The notes under the pieces are model-generated. The model made no database searches, was not told the DNA's origin, and saw only the letters and a program-made list of their open reading frames with translations. 64,000 nucleotides of DNA from Luteitalea sp. (GTDB lineage: Bacteria; Acidobacteriota; Vicinamibacteria; Vicinamibacterales; CAVVIG01). Location: assembly GCA_009380045.1 (NCBI GenBank), contig WHSN01000004.1:1456-65455 (forward strand), given 5' to 3'. This document shows positions 8,919 through 18,859 of the stretch, piece by piece; the first letter of the stretch is position 1, and each line of letters begins with the position of its first letter. A program made the position numbers and the translations under genes.

Positions 8919-10316
8919 ATGGTCAGAACGATCGCGGCGAAGGATCTGACGACCATGTTCCGCGACGGCCGCCTGCCCTGGGCCGGCGGCGTCGTGCTGG
9001 CGCTCGTCGTCACGGCGGTGACCGTGGGATGGCAACGGCAGCGGGAGATCGCGTCGGAGCGGGCCGCCGCCCAGGCGCTCGACTACGACGACTGGGTGGC
9101 GCAGCCCGAGCGCCATCCCCACAACGCCGCGCATCAGGGGATGCACGTGTTCAAACCCGATCCGCCACTGGCCATCGTCGACCCGGGCATCGATCCGTAC
9201 GTCGGGTCAACCATCTGGCTGCGGGCGCATCGCCAGAGCGAGCTGATGTTCATGCCGGCGCAAGACGCCACCGGCCTGCAACGATTCGGCGAGCTGTCGG
9301 CGGCCTGGGTGCTGCAGGTGCTCGGCCCCCTCCTGATCATCGTCTTGGGCTTCGATGCGTTTGCCGCGGAGCGCGAACTGGGCACGCTGCGGCAAACCTT
9401 GAGTCTCGGCATCTCGTCGAAGCAGATCCTTTGGGGAAAGGCGCTGGGACAGTTCTGGGGACTCGGCTTGCTGCTCGGGCCCGCAGCCGCCGGTGCGGCA
9501 ATCGTCGTCGTGGCCGGCCGCGGCGAAGCGATCGACGTGGACGCGGCGGCGCGGCTCGGATGGCTCGGATTGGGATACGCCATCTATCTCGCCATCGCCG
9601 TCTTTGCGGTGCTGACCGTCTCGGCGCTCGGCCGCTCGTCGCGCGTCGCGCTGGTCACGCTGCTCGGGCTGTGGATTGGGACGACGCTCCTGGCGCCACG
9701 GGTCGCCTCCGATCTCTCGCGCACATGGAAGCCGAGCCCATCTCGGCTCACCTTCAATGCCGACCTGGGCGCCGAGATGGGGCGCATGCAGGAGCAGGCT
9801 TGGATGGCCAACTTCGGCGTCGCCACCCAATGGAGTCCTGATCTTCCCCTCGACAAGTGGGGTGTGGCGCTGCAGGTCGACGATCATGCGGGATATTCGG
9901 TGATGGATCGGCACTTCGCCCGCCTGTGGGACACGTTCGGCGAGCAGCAGCGCGTGCAGGAGTGGCTCGGGTTGGCCGCGCCCGTCCTGGCGGTGCGGGC
10001 ATTTTCGATGGCGATCTCTGGCACCGACTTCGCCCACTACCGTACGTTCTCACTCGCGGCCGAACGCCACCGGCGCGTGCTGCAGGACCTCATGAGCGAG
10101 GATCTGGTCGAGCGGGCCGACCCACGGGGCACCGGGCACTTCGACTATCGCGCCGGCGCCGATCTCTGGCGGCGCATGCCGCCGTTCACCTATGCTCCAC
10201 CCCCGGTCTCGTGGGCGTTGCGAAACAGCGGCCGCAGCCTCGCGGTCCTGATCGCGGGGCTCCTCCTCTCGATGGCGGCGGCCCACGTGGCCGTCGGCGC
10301 CAGGCGCACAGTCTGA
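8919..10316 (+). CDS. ABC-2 type permease, DUF3526-like
   Basis: Large polytopic protein with the ABC-2/NosY-like AAERELGTLRQTLSLG motif, 3 nt after the ATPase gene. DUF3526 assignment is from memory of this gene-neighbourhood type. Confidence 0.7.
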   Translation: MVRTIAAKDLTTMFRDGRLPWAGGVVLALVVTAVTVGWQRQREIASERAAAQALDYDDWVAQPERHPHNAAHQGMHVFKPDPPLAIVDPGIDPYVGSTIWLRAHRQSELMFMPAQDATGLQRFGELSAAWVLQVLGPLLIIVLGFDAFAAERELGTLRQTLSLGISSKQILWGKALGQFWGLGLLLGPAAAGAAIVVVAGRGEAIDVDAAARLGWLGLGYAIYLAIAVFAVLTVSALGRSSRVALVTLLGLWIGTTLLAPRVASDLSRTWKPSPSRLTFNADLGAEMGRMQEQAWMANFGVATQWSPDLPLDKWGVALQVDDHAGYSVMDRHFARLWDTFGEQQRVQEWLGLAAPVLAVRAFSMAISGTDFAHYRTFSLAAERHRRVLQDLMSEDLVERADPRGTGHFDYRAGADLWRRMPPFTYAPPPVSWALRNSGRSLAVLIAGLLLSMAAAHVAVGARRTV

Positions 10317-10332
10317 ACGTCACACGACCACC

Positions 10333-11784
10333 ATGCGGACCTTGAAGCTCGTCGTCGAGCACGAAGCACGGCTGCTGCTCGCCGACCGAACACTGTGGCT
10401 CGTCTCTGGCCTCTTCCTTCTTCTCGTCAGCTACGGGCTGTTCAACGGTATGGAGCAGGCCGCGGTCAAGGAGAACGCCCTTGGCAAGGTGCTCGAAGCG
10501 GAGGCGCGCGGCGAAGCCTCGCGGCGGGCGCTCCTCGTCCGCATCCTGAACAACGGAGCGATGCCGGATCCATTCGGGAATCCGACGGACCCGTCGGCGA
10601 TGGGCGGTGGCTACGGTTCGCGCTATGCGTACATGCCGATCTCACCGCTCGCGTCATTGGCGTTCGGGCAGTCCGACGTGCGGCCCGACTATTACAAGGT
10701 GACGAACCGCAGCAAGATCAGCTTCATCTATGACACTGAAATCGAGAACCCGTGGAATCTCCTGAGCGGTCACTTCGATCTCTCGTTCGTCATCGTCTAC
10801 CTCTTCCCGCTGCTCATCTTCGCGCTCAGCTACAATTTTCTCTCGGCCGAACGCGAGCATGGCACCCTGAAGATGCTGCTTTCGCAGTCGCTCGGTTTGC
10901 CGACGCTCGTCGCGGGGAAGATCGCCGTACGCGCGATCGCCCTGCTGCTCTGGGCCGCCGTGGTGCCGCTCGTGGCGCTCGCGATCATGAGACCGGAGGC
11001 GCGATCGCTCGAGCACGTGTGGCCGCTCGCGTCATGGGCGGCGTTCGTCGTCGCGTACGGCGGAATCTGGTTCGCGCTGGCCGTCGCGGTGAACGCGTTC
11101 GGACGGTCGTCGGCCACGAACGCGCTGATGCTGGTCGGCAGCTGGATTGTCTGCGTGCTGGTCGTGCCGGTACTGCTCAACGTCGCCGTCGCCATCGTCA
11201 GGCCCGCACCCTCGCGCACCGAGCTCGCCACCCGCACGCGACTCGTCACGAGTGACGCTCTCAACCGGAACGCGGAGCTCCTGGCCGCAGACTACCAGTA
11301 CGTCAACGACGCGGAGCTGCTGCGGCCCAAAGACGGCAAGATCGTCGTGGCAGGGCGGATGCGGGGGATCTATCTCATGGAGAAAGACGTCGATCGTGAG
11401 CTCGAAGGGCTGCTCGACGCCTTCAATGTTCAGCTTGCCGGGCAGCAGCGGCTCGTCACCCGCTATGGTGCGCTGTCTCCCGCCATCGTCACCTACGAGG
11501 GGCTCACGGCGCTCGCCGGCACCGGCATCCGCCGCCATCTGCATTTCCAGAAGCAGATCGACGCCTTTCACCGGAGGTGGCGCGATTTCTTCGATCCCAA
11601 GATCCTGAATGGCGTGGCGATCACCGAAGAGGACTTCGATCGCATGCCTCGCTTCACCTGGACTGAAGAAGATCCGGCGGTCGTGCAGGGCGGTGTCGTC
11701 ACCGGACTGCTCCAGCTCCTGCTGCCAGCAGCGGGACTGCTCGCCATCGGCTTGTGGCGGCTGCGGCGCTACGCCGTGGTCTGA
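10333..11784 (+). CDS. ABC-2 type permease, DUF3526-like (second copy)
   Basis: SAEREHGTLKMLLSQSLG motif. Same architecture as 8919..10316. Confidence 0.7.
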   Translation: MRTLKLVVEHEARLLLADRTLWLVSGLFLLLVSYGLFNGMEQAAVKENALGKVLEAEARGEASRRALLVRILNNGAMPDPFGNPTDPSAMGGGYGSRYAYMPISPLASLAFGQSDVRPDYYKVTNRSKISFIYDTEIENPWNLLSGHFDLSFVIVYLFPLLIFALSYNFLSAEREHGTLKMLLSQSLGLPTLVAGKIAVRAIALLLWAAVVPLVALAIMRPEARSLEHVWPLASWAAFVVAYGGIWFALAVAVNAFGRSSATNALMLVGSWIVCVLVVPVLLNVAVAIVRPAPSRTELATRTRLVTSDALNRNAELLAADYQYVNDAELLRPKDGKIVVAGRMRGIYLMEKDVDRELEGLLDAFNVQLAGQQRLVTRYGALSPAIVTYEGLTALAGTGIRRHLHFQKQIDAFHRRWRDFFDPKILNGVAITEEDFDRMPRFTWTEEDPAVVQGGVVTGLLQLLLPAAGLLAIGLWRLRRYAVV

Positions 11785-13382
11785 GTCCGGGCGACTCGCG
11801 CGGTCCGCCAGGTCTGTTTGGCGTGCCGGGCGTGGCGCAACAGTCGACGCCAGGACGGTAGAAGCGTCGTGGCGCTCAGCACGGCGCCGCCTATGCTCAG
11901 CAGAATCACGACAATGTCCCAGAGCGGACGCTTGTCTCTGAGAAAAGGAAAGTCCAGACTGTGCAGGCCGTGATAGAGCCAGCGGTTCCAACGCGCGCCG
12001 CGATCCTGCTTCGTCATCGTCCCGACGCTCGGATCGAGATAGAGCCATGTGCCGGCCTCATCGGTGTAGCGAACTCGCAGCACCGGCAGTGGCCGTCCGC
12101 CGTTCTTGTCGTAGTAGTAGGCGTCGTACTCCTGGAGCCAGGTGGCATCCTCGATTGACGCGCCGGGCATCGCGGCGTTCGCGACCTCCCACATGCGCGC
12201 ATCTTCGAAGCGCTCGAATCCCCCGCGCTCGGGCGCCGTCACCGACACGATGAGGTGCTCCTGCCGAGGTTCATAGCGTTCTTCCTGAGAGCCAATTTCC
12301 TTCTCATACGACCACGGCGCCGGCGGACGGTATCCAATCAGATACGGCTCGCCACGGAACTGATGGACCTCGAGCGCTTTTGGAGCGAACGATTTCTCGA
12401 AAACGGCCAGGCCGGCACGCAGGCGCGGCAGCGTCAGCGACTCGACGTCGAGCGGCGACCCTGGAACGGCCATCCGCTGCGCGGCAGTCGAAGGCTGGTT
12501 TCGCATCGAGGGAAACGGACGGCCAAGCGACATGGCGCCGCTGAACGCCCATGTCACCGAGAGGACGCCAAAAACGAGCCCCGTGTAGTGGTGCCACCGC
12601 ATCCAGCCGGCGTACGGCGAATGAGAGGGCCCCGATCGGAGCCGGTAGCGCTTCACGCGCAACCGCACGACCCCCACGACCATGCCGAGCACGCACATCA
12701 CGGCGCCGGCGATCGATCCCCACGCGATCACGAACTGCCAGAGCTCGGTCTGACGCCGGAACGACGTGAAATAGGTCCAGTGGAGCACGGCGCTGATGTA
12801 GCCCCAGAATCGCCCGCGCCGGTCCGTTTTCATCGTCGGCTCGCCGGTCTTTTCCGAGACGTAGTACACGGTGCCAGCCGGATCGCTGACGGTGATGCGG
12901 TGCAGCGGAACGCTCGAGCGCTGCTCGCTGTAGAGCGTCCACTGATCCGAATCGAGGAGGTATGCGTCGTACCGCACGCTGCCGGCGAAGGCCGGGGGCA
13001 CCCAGCGTCGAATCAGCTCCAGGGCGCCGACCTGGCCGAGGGCGGGAACGAGCTCACCGGTATCGGCGTAGACCTTCACGCCCCTGTCGAACCGGTATAT
13101 CGGGCGGCCGTCGTAGTCCATCTCGATTTGCAGGCCGTCGTCGTTCAATCCGTGCGCGCGCATCGCCTCGGCTGGTGACATGCGCGCCGCGGACAAGTCC
13201 AGCGGCTGCACGTGGCCGAGCCGCTCGGATGCCGACAACACCGGCATCCGGACGTACATCATGGCCACGCCGGAGACGAACCACACGACGAAGACGACGC
13301 CGAAGAAGATGCCCATCCAGCGATGGAGGTAGATGAGCAGCGCCTTCCAGTTGAGCAGCTTGCGAATCGTCACGAATCCCAT
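11769..13382 (-). CDS. PepSY-associated TM-helix protein (PiuB-like iron-regulated membrane protein)
   Basis: N-terminus LIYLHRWMGIFFGVVFVVWFVSGVAMMY and later HWTYFTSFRR, WMRWHHYTGLVFG and WLYHGLHSLDFPF repeat the PepSY_TM pattern. Lies 6 nt downstream of the TBDR. Confidence 0.85.
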   Translation of the reverse strand: MGFVTIRKLLNWKALLIYLHRWMGIFFGVVFVVWFVSGVAMMYVRMPVLSASERLGHVQPLDLSAARMSPAEAMRAHGLNDDGLQIEMDYDGRPIYRFDRGVKVYADTGELVPALGQVGALELIRRWVPPAFAGSVRYDAYLLDSDQWTLYSEQRSSVPLHRITVSDPAGTVYYVSEKTGEPTMKTDRRGRFWGYISAVLHWTYFTSFRRQTELWQFVIAWGSIAGAVMCVLGMVVGVVRLRVKRYRLRSGPSHSPYAGWMRWHHYTGLVFGVLSVTWAFSGAMSLGRPFPSMRNQPSTAAQRMAVPGSPLDVESLTLPRLRAGLAVFEKSFAPKALEVHQFRGEPYLIGYRPPAPWSYEKEIGSQEERYEPRQEHLIVSVTAPERGGFERFEDARMWEVANAAMPGASIEDATWLQEYDAYYYDKNGGRPLPVLRVRYTDEAGTWLYLDPSVGTMTKQDRGARWNRWLYHGLHSLDFPFLRDKRPLWDIVVILLSIGGAVLSATTLLPSWRRLLRHARHAKQTWRTARVARTQTTA

Positions 13383-13388
13383 CCGATG

Positions 13389-15743
13389 TCAGAACTTGGC
13401 ATCAAGTGTGAGCTCGACGGTCCGCGGCGGGCCGTAGCGGCCTCGCACGGGGAGCGGTACGCCAGACGCCCCCTGGGTGTAGAACTTGTCGAACACGTTG
13501 GCGACCCGGACATCGACAGCGAAGTTACTGCCGATCCTTCGCCGCGCCCCGGCGTCCACGAGGGTCACCGATGGTGTCGTCGTGGTATTCGCGTTGTCGA
13601 GGAAGCGATCGCCGACATAGCGAACGCCGCTCTGAAAGTGCCACTGCGGCAAGGGGCTCCACACCACCCACAGGTTCGCGGTTCGGGCTGGAATGTTCGT
13701 CGGCGTCTTGCCCGACCACGAGGTCAGCACGCCGCCGACATTCTCGGTGAAATCGTCATAGCGTGCCTGGAGCGCTGCCATGTTCGCATCGATGCGCACC
13801 GTCGCGCCCAATGCAACGGCCCCGGACAGCTCGATCCCGCGCGACGACTGCTGCCCGACTTGCAGGCGTCTGAGCGAGTCGAGCGGATCCGGGACCAGGA
13901 GCTTCTCCTTGACGATCCGATATGCGGCCAGCGTCCATTCTCCACGACCGCTCCAGAGAGACTGCTTGACGCCTGCCTCGACCTGGCGGCCAGGTGTGAG
14001 GTCGAACGCCTGCTCCGCCGGCGACAGACTGATCAAGGTGTTGACCGGATCGGACGCAGTGGCATACTGGCCGTACACGGAGAGCGTGGGCTTGACGGCA
14101 TAGACGAGACCACCGCGCCCGTTCACCGGGTTGAACATCTTGCTGGTCACGCCGGCCGTTCTCAGATCCTCGCGATCGAGGTCGTACCGATCCCAGCGCA
14201 GCCCGCCGACGACCGAGAGTTGGTCGGTGAGGGCCAGGCGACTCTCGGCGTAGGTGGCATACCGGTTTTGAAAGGCCCGGTATTCGGGAGTCGTCGGAAT
14301 CGTGTTGAAGAAGAGACCGGGGGTTGGGTTCGTGAGCGCCACCACCGATGTGGCTGTTCCGGCGTTGCGATCGCGCTGGTAGCGGAACCAGCTGTAGTCG
14401 AACCCGAGTGACACGATGTTCGGCCGGCCGAAGACCTGGGTGTCTATGATCGCTTCGGTATTGGCGCCATACTGCCGCAGGTACTGGATGATCTCGGTGT
14501 AGCTCGAGCGGCTCACGAGACCGGTCGCCGGCTGGTAGGAATACTGCTCGGCGTTGCGCCATTGGCGCCTGGTGTTCACGCCGGACACGTTCATCCGCAC
14601 GAAGACGTTGGACGAGGCCTGCCAGTCCGCCTTGACCTGCGACCAGTTGTCCCGGTACTTCGTGATGCCGTCGAGCACATTGTAGTTGACATCTCTCAAC
14701 GACCGATCGAGCGTGCCGTTGATGAACGGCGAACCCCAGTAGTTGAACGGTTCCTGATAGCCGAAGTCGTTGGCGATGGTCACGTACAGCTTCGACGAGG
14801 CCTGGATGCCAAGCGATCCGGACGCTGCAGTCGTGTTCCAGTCGCCTCGCTCGACCGTCCCGGCAGAACGGTTGTGGCTCAGATCGGCGCGGTACGCCAC
14901 GCGGTCATTGATCGGCCCGCCGACTCCGCCTGCGGCGCGTACGGTCTCGAAGGAGCCCACCGTGAAACGTCCCTGGCCAACCGTCGCGCCGCGACTGGGC
15001 CGACGGGGCACGACGTTGAGCGCGCCGCCGATGGCGCCGGATCCGTAGAGTACTGACGCAGGACCTGCCAGGTATTCGACCCGTTCGACCGTCCAGCTGT
15101 CGAATGGGAACGTCATCGTGCCCTGACCGACGAGAATCTGAGTGCCGTCGTACAGTCTGATGATCGAGTTGGGACCACCGAAGCCACGGGACATTCGCGA
15201 GCCTCCGCCGTTCCCGAGACTTCCCTGGGTGGTGACACCAACCATGCGGGTCTCGGCATCCTCGACCGTACGGTCGCCCCGCTCGCGAATGACTTCTCCG
15301 CTCAACGCCTGCACGCTCGCGGGGGTCTCGAGGCTGGTCATCGGCAGACGGCTCGCCGCGGTCACCCGGCTTTCCACGGACGTCCGTGTCCCGGCCGAGA
15401 CCTCGATGGATTCACCGATCCCGGCGACGGCGAGAGTTACCTCTACGCTGGCCGGCGCAATCGACACCGAAACCGGCTGGACCGATTCCGCGAACCCCTC
15501 GGCCCTGACGCGGAGGACGTACATGCCGGGTGCGACGGCGGCAATGGAAAACCTGCCCTCGCTGCCCGAGCTCGCGGTCCGGCTCGAACCGGACGCACCT
15601 TCCAGCAGGATGGCCGCGTTCACCACGACCCCGCCTTGACTATCGACGATACGGCCTGAAACGGACAGATCCTGCGCGGCAGCCGGCGGCGACAGGAAAA
15701 AGAGCCACACAAGAACCAAAGAAGGCACACAGACGAGTCTCAC
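13389..15743 (-). CDS. TonB-dependent siderophore-type receptor with N-terminal CarboxypepD_reg domain
   Basis: GTG start preceded by GGAGG. Plug ETPASVQALSGEVIRERG..VERVEYLAGPASVLYGSGAIGGALNVVPRRP. Terminal ...TVELTLDAKF. Confidence 0.9.
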   Translation of the reverse strand: MRLVCVPSLVLVWLFFLSPPAAAQDLSVSGRIVDSQGGVVVNAAILLEGASGSSRTASSGSEGRFSIAAVAPGMYVLRVRAEGFAESVQPVSVSIAPASVEVTLAVAGIGESIEVSAGTRTSVESRVTAASRLPMTSLETPASVQALSGEVIRERGDRTVEDAETRMVGVTTQGSLGNGGGSRMSRGFGGPNSIIRLYDGTQILVGQGTMTFPFDSWTVERVEYLAGPASVLYGSGAIGGALNVVPRRPSRGATVGQGRFTVGSFETVRAAGGVGGPINDRVAYRADLSHNRSAGTVERGDWNTTAASGSLGIQASSKLYVTIANDFGYQEPFNYWGSPFINGTLDRSLRDVNYNVLDGITKYRDNWSQVKADWQASSNVFVRMNVSGVNTRRQWRNAEQYSYQPATGLVSRSSYTEIIQYLRQYGANTEAIIDTQVFGRPNIVSLGFDYSWFRYQRDRNAGTATSVVALTNPTPGLFFNTIPTTPEYRAFQNRYATYAESRLALTDQLSVVGGLRWDRYDLDREDLRTAGVTSKMFNPVNGRGGLVYAVKPTLSVYGQYATASDPVNTLISLSPAEQAFDLTPGRQVEAGVKQSLWSGRGEWTLAAYRIVKEKLLVPDPLDSLRRLQVGQQSSRGIELSGAVALGATVRIDANMAALQARYDDFTENVGGVLTSWSGKTPTNIPARTANLWVVWSPLPQWHFQSGVRYVGDRFLDNANTTTTPSVTLVDAGARRRIGSNFAVDVRVANVFDKFYTQGASGVPLPVRGRYGPPRTVELTLDAKF

Positions 15744-15865
15744 ACTGAACCTCCGAGGCGCTCCCTGAGGGAAGTACCGACAGGCCGCCGTCCACGAAAC
15801 TTGAGAAGTCCCAGACGGCCGCGATCGAGCCTCGATACGGTAGTCGACGGAACCTGTCCCAGCAA

Positions 15866-15892
15866 CTGAAGACTTCCTGAATAAGTCTTCAG
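15866..15892. promoter_or_regulatory. Perfect 10-7-10 inverted repeat CTGAAGACTT-cctgaat-AAGTCTTCAG, between the yggU-like stop and the TBDR start
   Basis: Read directly. AT-richer than its surroundings. Could be a terminator for the upstream gene or an operator for the receptor operon. Confidence 0.4.
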
Positions 15893-15994
15893 ACGTGTGC
15901 TCAGGCAGTTAGTGAAGAGATGGCGAGGCTGTGGAAGCGTCTCCGAGGCGCCAGTCACACGCCTCGCGAGCGAAAGCGTCCGCCAGCATGCCCC

Positions 15995-16288
15995 TCACGA
16001 AGAGGCACCCGCCAGGAGCTCGACCGCCTGCTCCTCGGTGACTCCGGCGATCGACACCCGCTTGGTCCGGCCCTTCCCGCCCGTGACGATGGTGACGGCG
16101 GAGGTTGGAACGTTCAAGCGCGCCGCCAGAAGGCGACGCAGAGCCTCGTTCGCGCGGTCCTCCACGGGGGGTGCCGTGAGCCGGACCTTCAATGCGCCCT
16201 GGAATTCGCCTTCGATCGCGTCGCGGCTCGCGCGCGGCACGACGCGAACCCAGAACGAAATGCTCCCGCCCCGAGCGTGTATCTCCAT
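15995..16288 (-). CDS. DUF167/YggU family protein
   Basis: ISFWVRVVPRASRDAIEGEFQGALKVRLTAPPVEDRANEALRRLLAARLNVPTSAVTIVTGGKGRTKRVSI matches the UPF0235 pattern. Confidence 0.8.
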   Translation of the reverse strand: MEIHARGGSISFWVRVVPRASRDAIEGEFQGALKVRLTAPPVEDRANEALRRLLAARLNVPTSAVTIVTGGKGRTKRVSIAGVTEEQAVELLAGASS

Positions 16289-16332
16289 GCTGTGCCGCCA
16301 GGATAGCGCGCGGGGAGCATGACAATCGAGGC

Positions 16333-16875
16333 ATGATTGCCCAAGATGCAGGTTCCGGACCGCGGCATGCACCGACCACTGGCGCCAGCGGCGCCACCGC
16401 GATGACGATTCGTGCATTTGCAGATCCGCAGGACCGAGCGGCGCTGGTCGAATGCATCATCGGGTTGCAGGAGCACGAGCGGACACTCGATCCCACTCTG
16501 CCTGAAGGCAGCGCGATGGCGGACGAGTACTACCGCCTGCTGGTCGATCGATGCCGCCAGTGTCACGGACACATTCTGCTGGCCCGGGTCAACGACGCGG
16601 TCGCCGGGTTCATCTGCGTGCTGACGATGGTTCCGCCAACGGAACCCGATGAACCTCGTGACAATCATGCGTATGTTTCCGACGTGTTCGTCCACGTGCG
16701 GTACCGTGGGCAAGGTATCGGCGGCGCGTTGCTGCAGGAGGCCGAGGCTCTGGCGCGAGCGGCCGGTGCGAGTACGGTTCGCATCGGCGTGCTGGCTCGC
16801 AACCAAGAGGCGCGACGATTCTATGAGAACCGCGGCTTCGAGGAGTACCACGTCCAGCTCGTGAAAGAGCTGTGA
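16333..16875 (+). CDS. GNAT family N-acetyltransferase
   Basis: VRYRGQGIGGALLQEAEALARAAGASTVRIGVLARNQEARRFYENRGF (acetyl-CoA binding motif A). Start uncertain (16333 or 16402). Confidence 0.85.
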   Translation: MIAQDAGSGPRHAPTTGASGATAMTIRAFADPQDRAALVECIIGLQEHERTLDPTLPEGSAMADEYYRLLVDRCRQCHGHILLARVNDAVAGFICVLTMVPPTEPDEPRDNHAYVSDVFVHVRYRGQGIGGALLQEAEALARAAGASTVRIGVLARNQEARRFYENRGFEEYHVQLVKEL

Positions 16876-17098
16876 AACGACGAACACGCGCGTCGAGCCG
16901 GGCTGAGGCCCGGAGTTGTTTCCCGCCATTTCATTACACGCCGGTCTCGGGGCCGCCGCCAGGCGCGACTCGCTTCGGGCCGATGGATGGCCCGCCGCCC
17001 AGCCGACCGAAAGGTCTGCTACCGGCCAACCAACCGTCAAAACACGATCCGGGGTCCTTCGGCTTGCGCGCCCTTGCCTGCGGCGCCGTTTTTCAACG

Positions 17099-18298
17099 TC
17101 AAGTGGGGAGACCGGCGCCTTCGGCGTGTTGGTGTGCCGGCGCCAGATGATCGAGAGCGGCCATGAGGCCGCCCGAGCGGTGGGGTACGCCGGCGAGACG
17201 CAGGCCCATCTCGACCCCGCTCAACGCGCCGGCGAGCATGAGATCGTTGAACGCGCCGAGGTGGCCGATTCGAAATACCTTGCCCGCGAGCTTTCCCAGG
17301 CCGGTTCCGAGCGACATGTCGAGGCGTGCGAGGATCACGTCCCTGAGCCGATCGGCATCGTGCCCCTCAGGCATCATGACGGCCGTCAGCGAGCTGGAGT
17401 GCTCGAGCGGTTCCCGGCAGACGACTTCCAGCCCCCAGGCCTGCACTGCCGCACGCGTCGCCGCGGCGTGCCGCAGGTGCCGGTGAAAGACATTCGACAG
17501 CCCTTCTTCCTGGAGCATTTGAATGGCTTCGCGAAGACCGTAAAGAAGGTTCGTGGCCGGCGTATACGGAAAAAAACCGGCCTGGTTCGACTTCAACATG
17601 TCGTCCCAGTCCCAATAGGACCGTGGAAGCCTGGCCGTCTTACCCGCCCGGAGCGCCTTCTCGGACACGGCGTTGAAGCCGAGCCCGGGAGGTAACATCA
17701 GCCCTTTTTGAGAACAGGCGACCGTGACGTCAACCTCCCATTCGTCGTGCCGATAGTCGATGGATCCCAACGATGAGATCGTGTCGACGATAAGGAGAGC
17801 CGGGTGGCCGGCGCGATTCATGGCTCGACGTACCTCACCGATGCGGCTGGTGACCCCGGTGGACGTCTCGTTGTGGACCGCAATCACCGCCTTGACCGTG
17901 TGCTGACGGTCGCCGGTCAACCGTGCTTCGACCTGTTCGGGCGACACCCCGTGACGCCAGCCGCCGGGAACGTATTCGACGTCAAGGCCGATCTTCTCGG
18001 CGACGCGGCGCCACGCGATATGCGAAAACCACCCGGTCTCGAAAACGAGGACCTTGTCCCCGGGTGACAACGTGTTGACGAGCGCCGCCTCGCACCCGCC
18101 GGTACCCGAGGATGGATACATGATGACCGGACCCGACGTCTGGAAGATCGGCCGGAGACGATCGAGAAGCTCGAGCGCGAGCTTTGCGAATTCGGGACTT
18201 CGATGATCGACCACGGGCCGGCTCATCGCCCGGAGCACTCGGTCGGGCACGTTCGTCGGGCCCGGGATCTGCAGAAAATGTCGTCCACTGTGAACCAT
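17099..18298 (-). CDS. Class V aminotransferase, serine/alanine-glyoxylate aminotransferase family
   Basis: HFLQIPGPTNVPDRVLRAM, NETSTGV, ACSQKGLMLPPGLG (PLP lysine), FRIGHLG. Confidence 0.9.
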   Translation of the reverse strand: MVHSGRHFLQIPGPTNVPDRVLRAMSRPVVDHRSPEFAKLALELLDRLRPIFQTSGPVIMYPSSGTGGCEAALVNTLSPGDKVLVFETGWFSHIAWRRVAEKIGLDVEYVPGGWRHGVSPEQVEARLTGDRQHTVKAVIAVHNETSTGVTSRIGEVRRAMNRAGHPALLIVDTISSLGSIDYRHDEWEVDVTVACSQKGLMLPPGLGFNAVSEKALRAGKTARLPRSYWDWDDMLKSNQAGFFPYTPATNLLYGLREAIQMLQEEGLSNVFHRHLRHAAATRAAVQAWGLEVVCREPLEHSSSLTAVMMPEGHDADRLRDVILARLDMSLGTGLGKLAGKVFRIGHLGAFNDLMLAGALSGVEMGLRLAGVPHRSGGLMAALDHLAPAHQHAEGAGLPT

Positions 18299-18320
18299 CG
18301 TGTTGTCCTGCCCTGCTTTG

Positions 18321-18755
18321 TCAGCCTGGAGTTTGCAACGTTGCGGCAGCCGCGGTCGCGCATTGTCCATCCTGCTGGCTGCTTCCGCCTGACACGCCAA
18401 TTGCGCCGACGATTCTGCCGTCCCTGGTCAGTGGCACGCCGCCCTCGATCGGTATGGCGTGTCGCAGACCGAGCACACGCCACCCCTCGCCGCCCTCGGC
18501 AAGCGTATCCTGAAACGCCTTGGTCGGCCGTTTGAATCGCGCCGCCGAGCGCGCCTTGTCGATTGCGACATCGACGCTGCCGTTCTGGGTCGCGTCCATC
18601 TTCTCGAAGTAGACGAGATCGCCAGCCGTGTCCACGATCGCAACAGCCATCGTCCAGTTGTTCCGCCGAGCCTCCGCGAGCGCGGGGAGTGCCGCGCTCT
18701 TTGCGTGTTCGAGCGTAATGGGCAAGCCGTACTCCCGGGTGGTATCCGAAGCCAT
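18321..18755 (-). CDS. GlcG/HbpS-like (DUF336) haem-binding family protein
   Basis: MAVAIVDTAGDLVYFEKMDATQNGSVDVAIDKARSAARF...GGVPLTRDGRIVGAIGVSGGSSQQD. Confidence 0.8.
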   Translation of the reverse strand: MASDTTREYGLPITLEHAKSAALPALAEARRNNWTMAVAIVDTAGDLVYFEKMDATQNGSVDVAIDKARSAARFKRPTKAFQDTLAEGGEGWRVLGLRHAIPIEGGVPLTRDGRIVGAIGVSGGSSQQDGQCATAAAATLQTPG

Positions 18756-18859
18756 GACGCTCCTCCTCGTGTGCCGCTGTTGATTCGTGTGCTGACGTAT
18801 GCGGGCGGCTGGTAGTATACGCCGCCACTAAGGACCGCCACGGCGCGCACACCATCGCG

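Noticed and set aside
11769-11784. Convergent 3' overlaps (11769-11784 and 63610-63623) as antisense regulatory features.
   Set aside because: Short 3'-end overlaps of convergent genes are common in compact GC-rich genomes, and no additional structure is seen.
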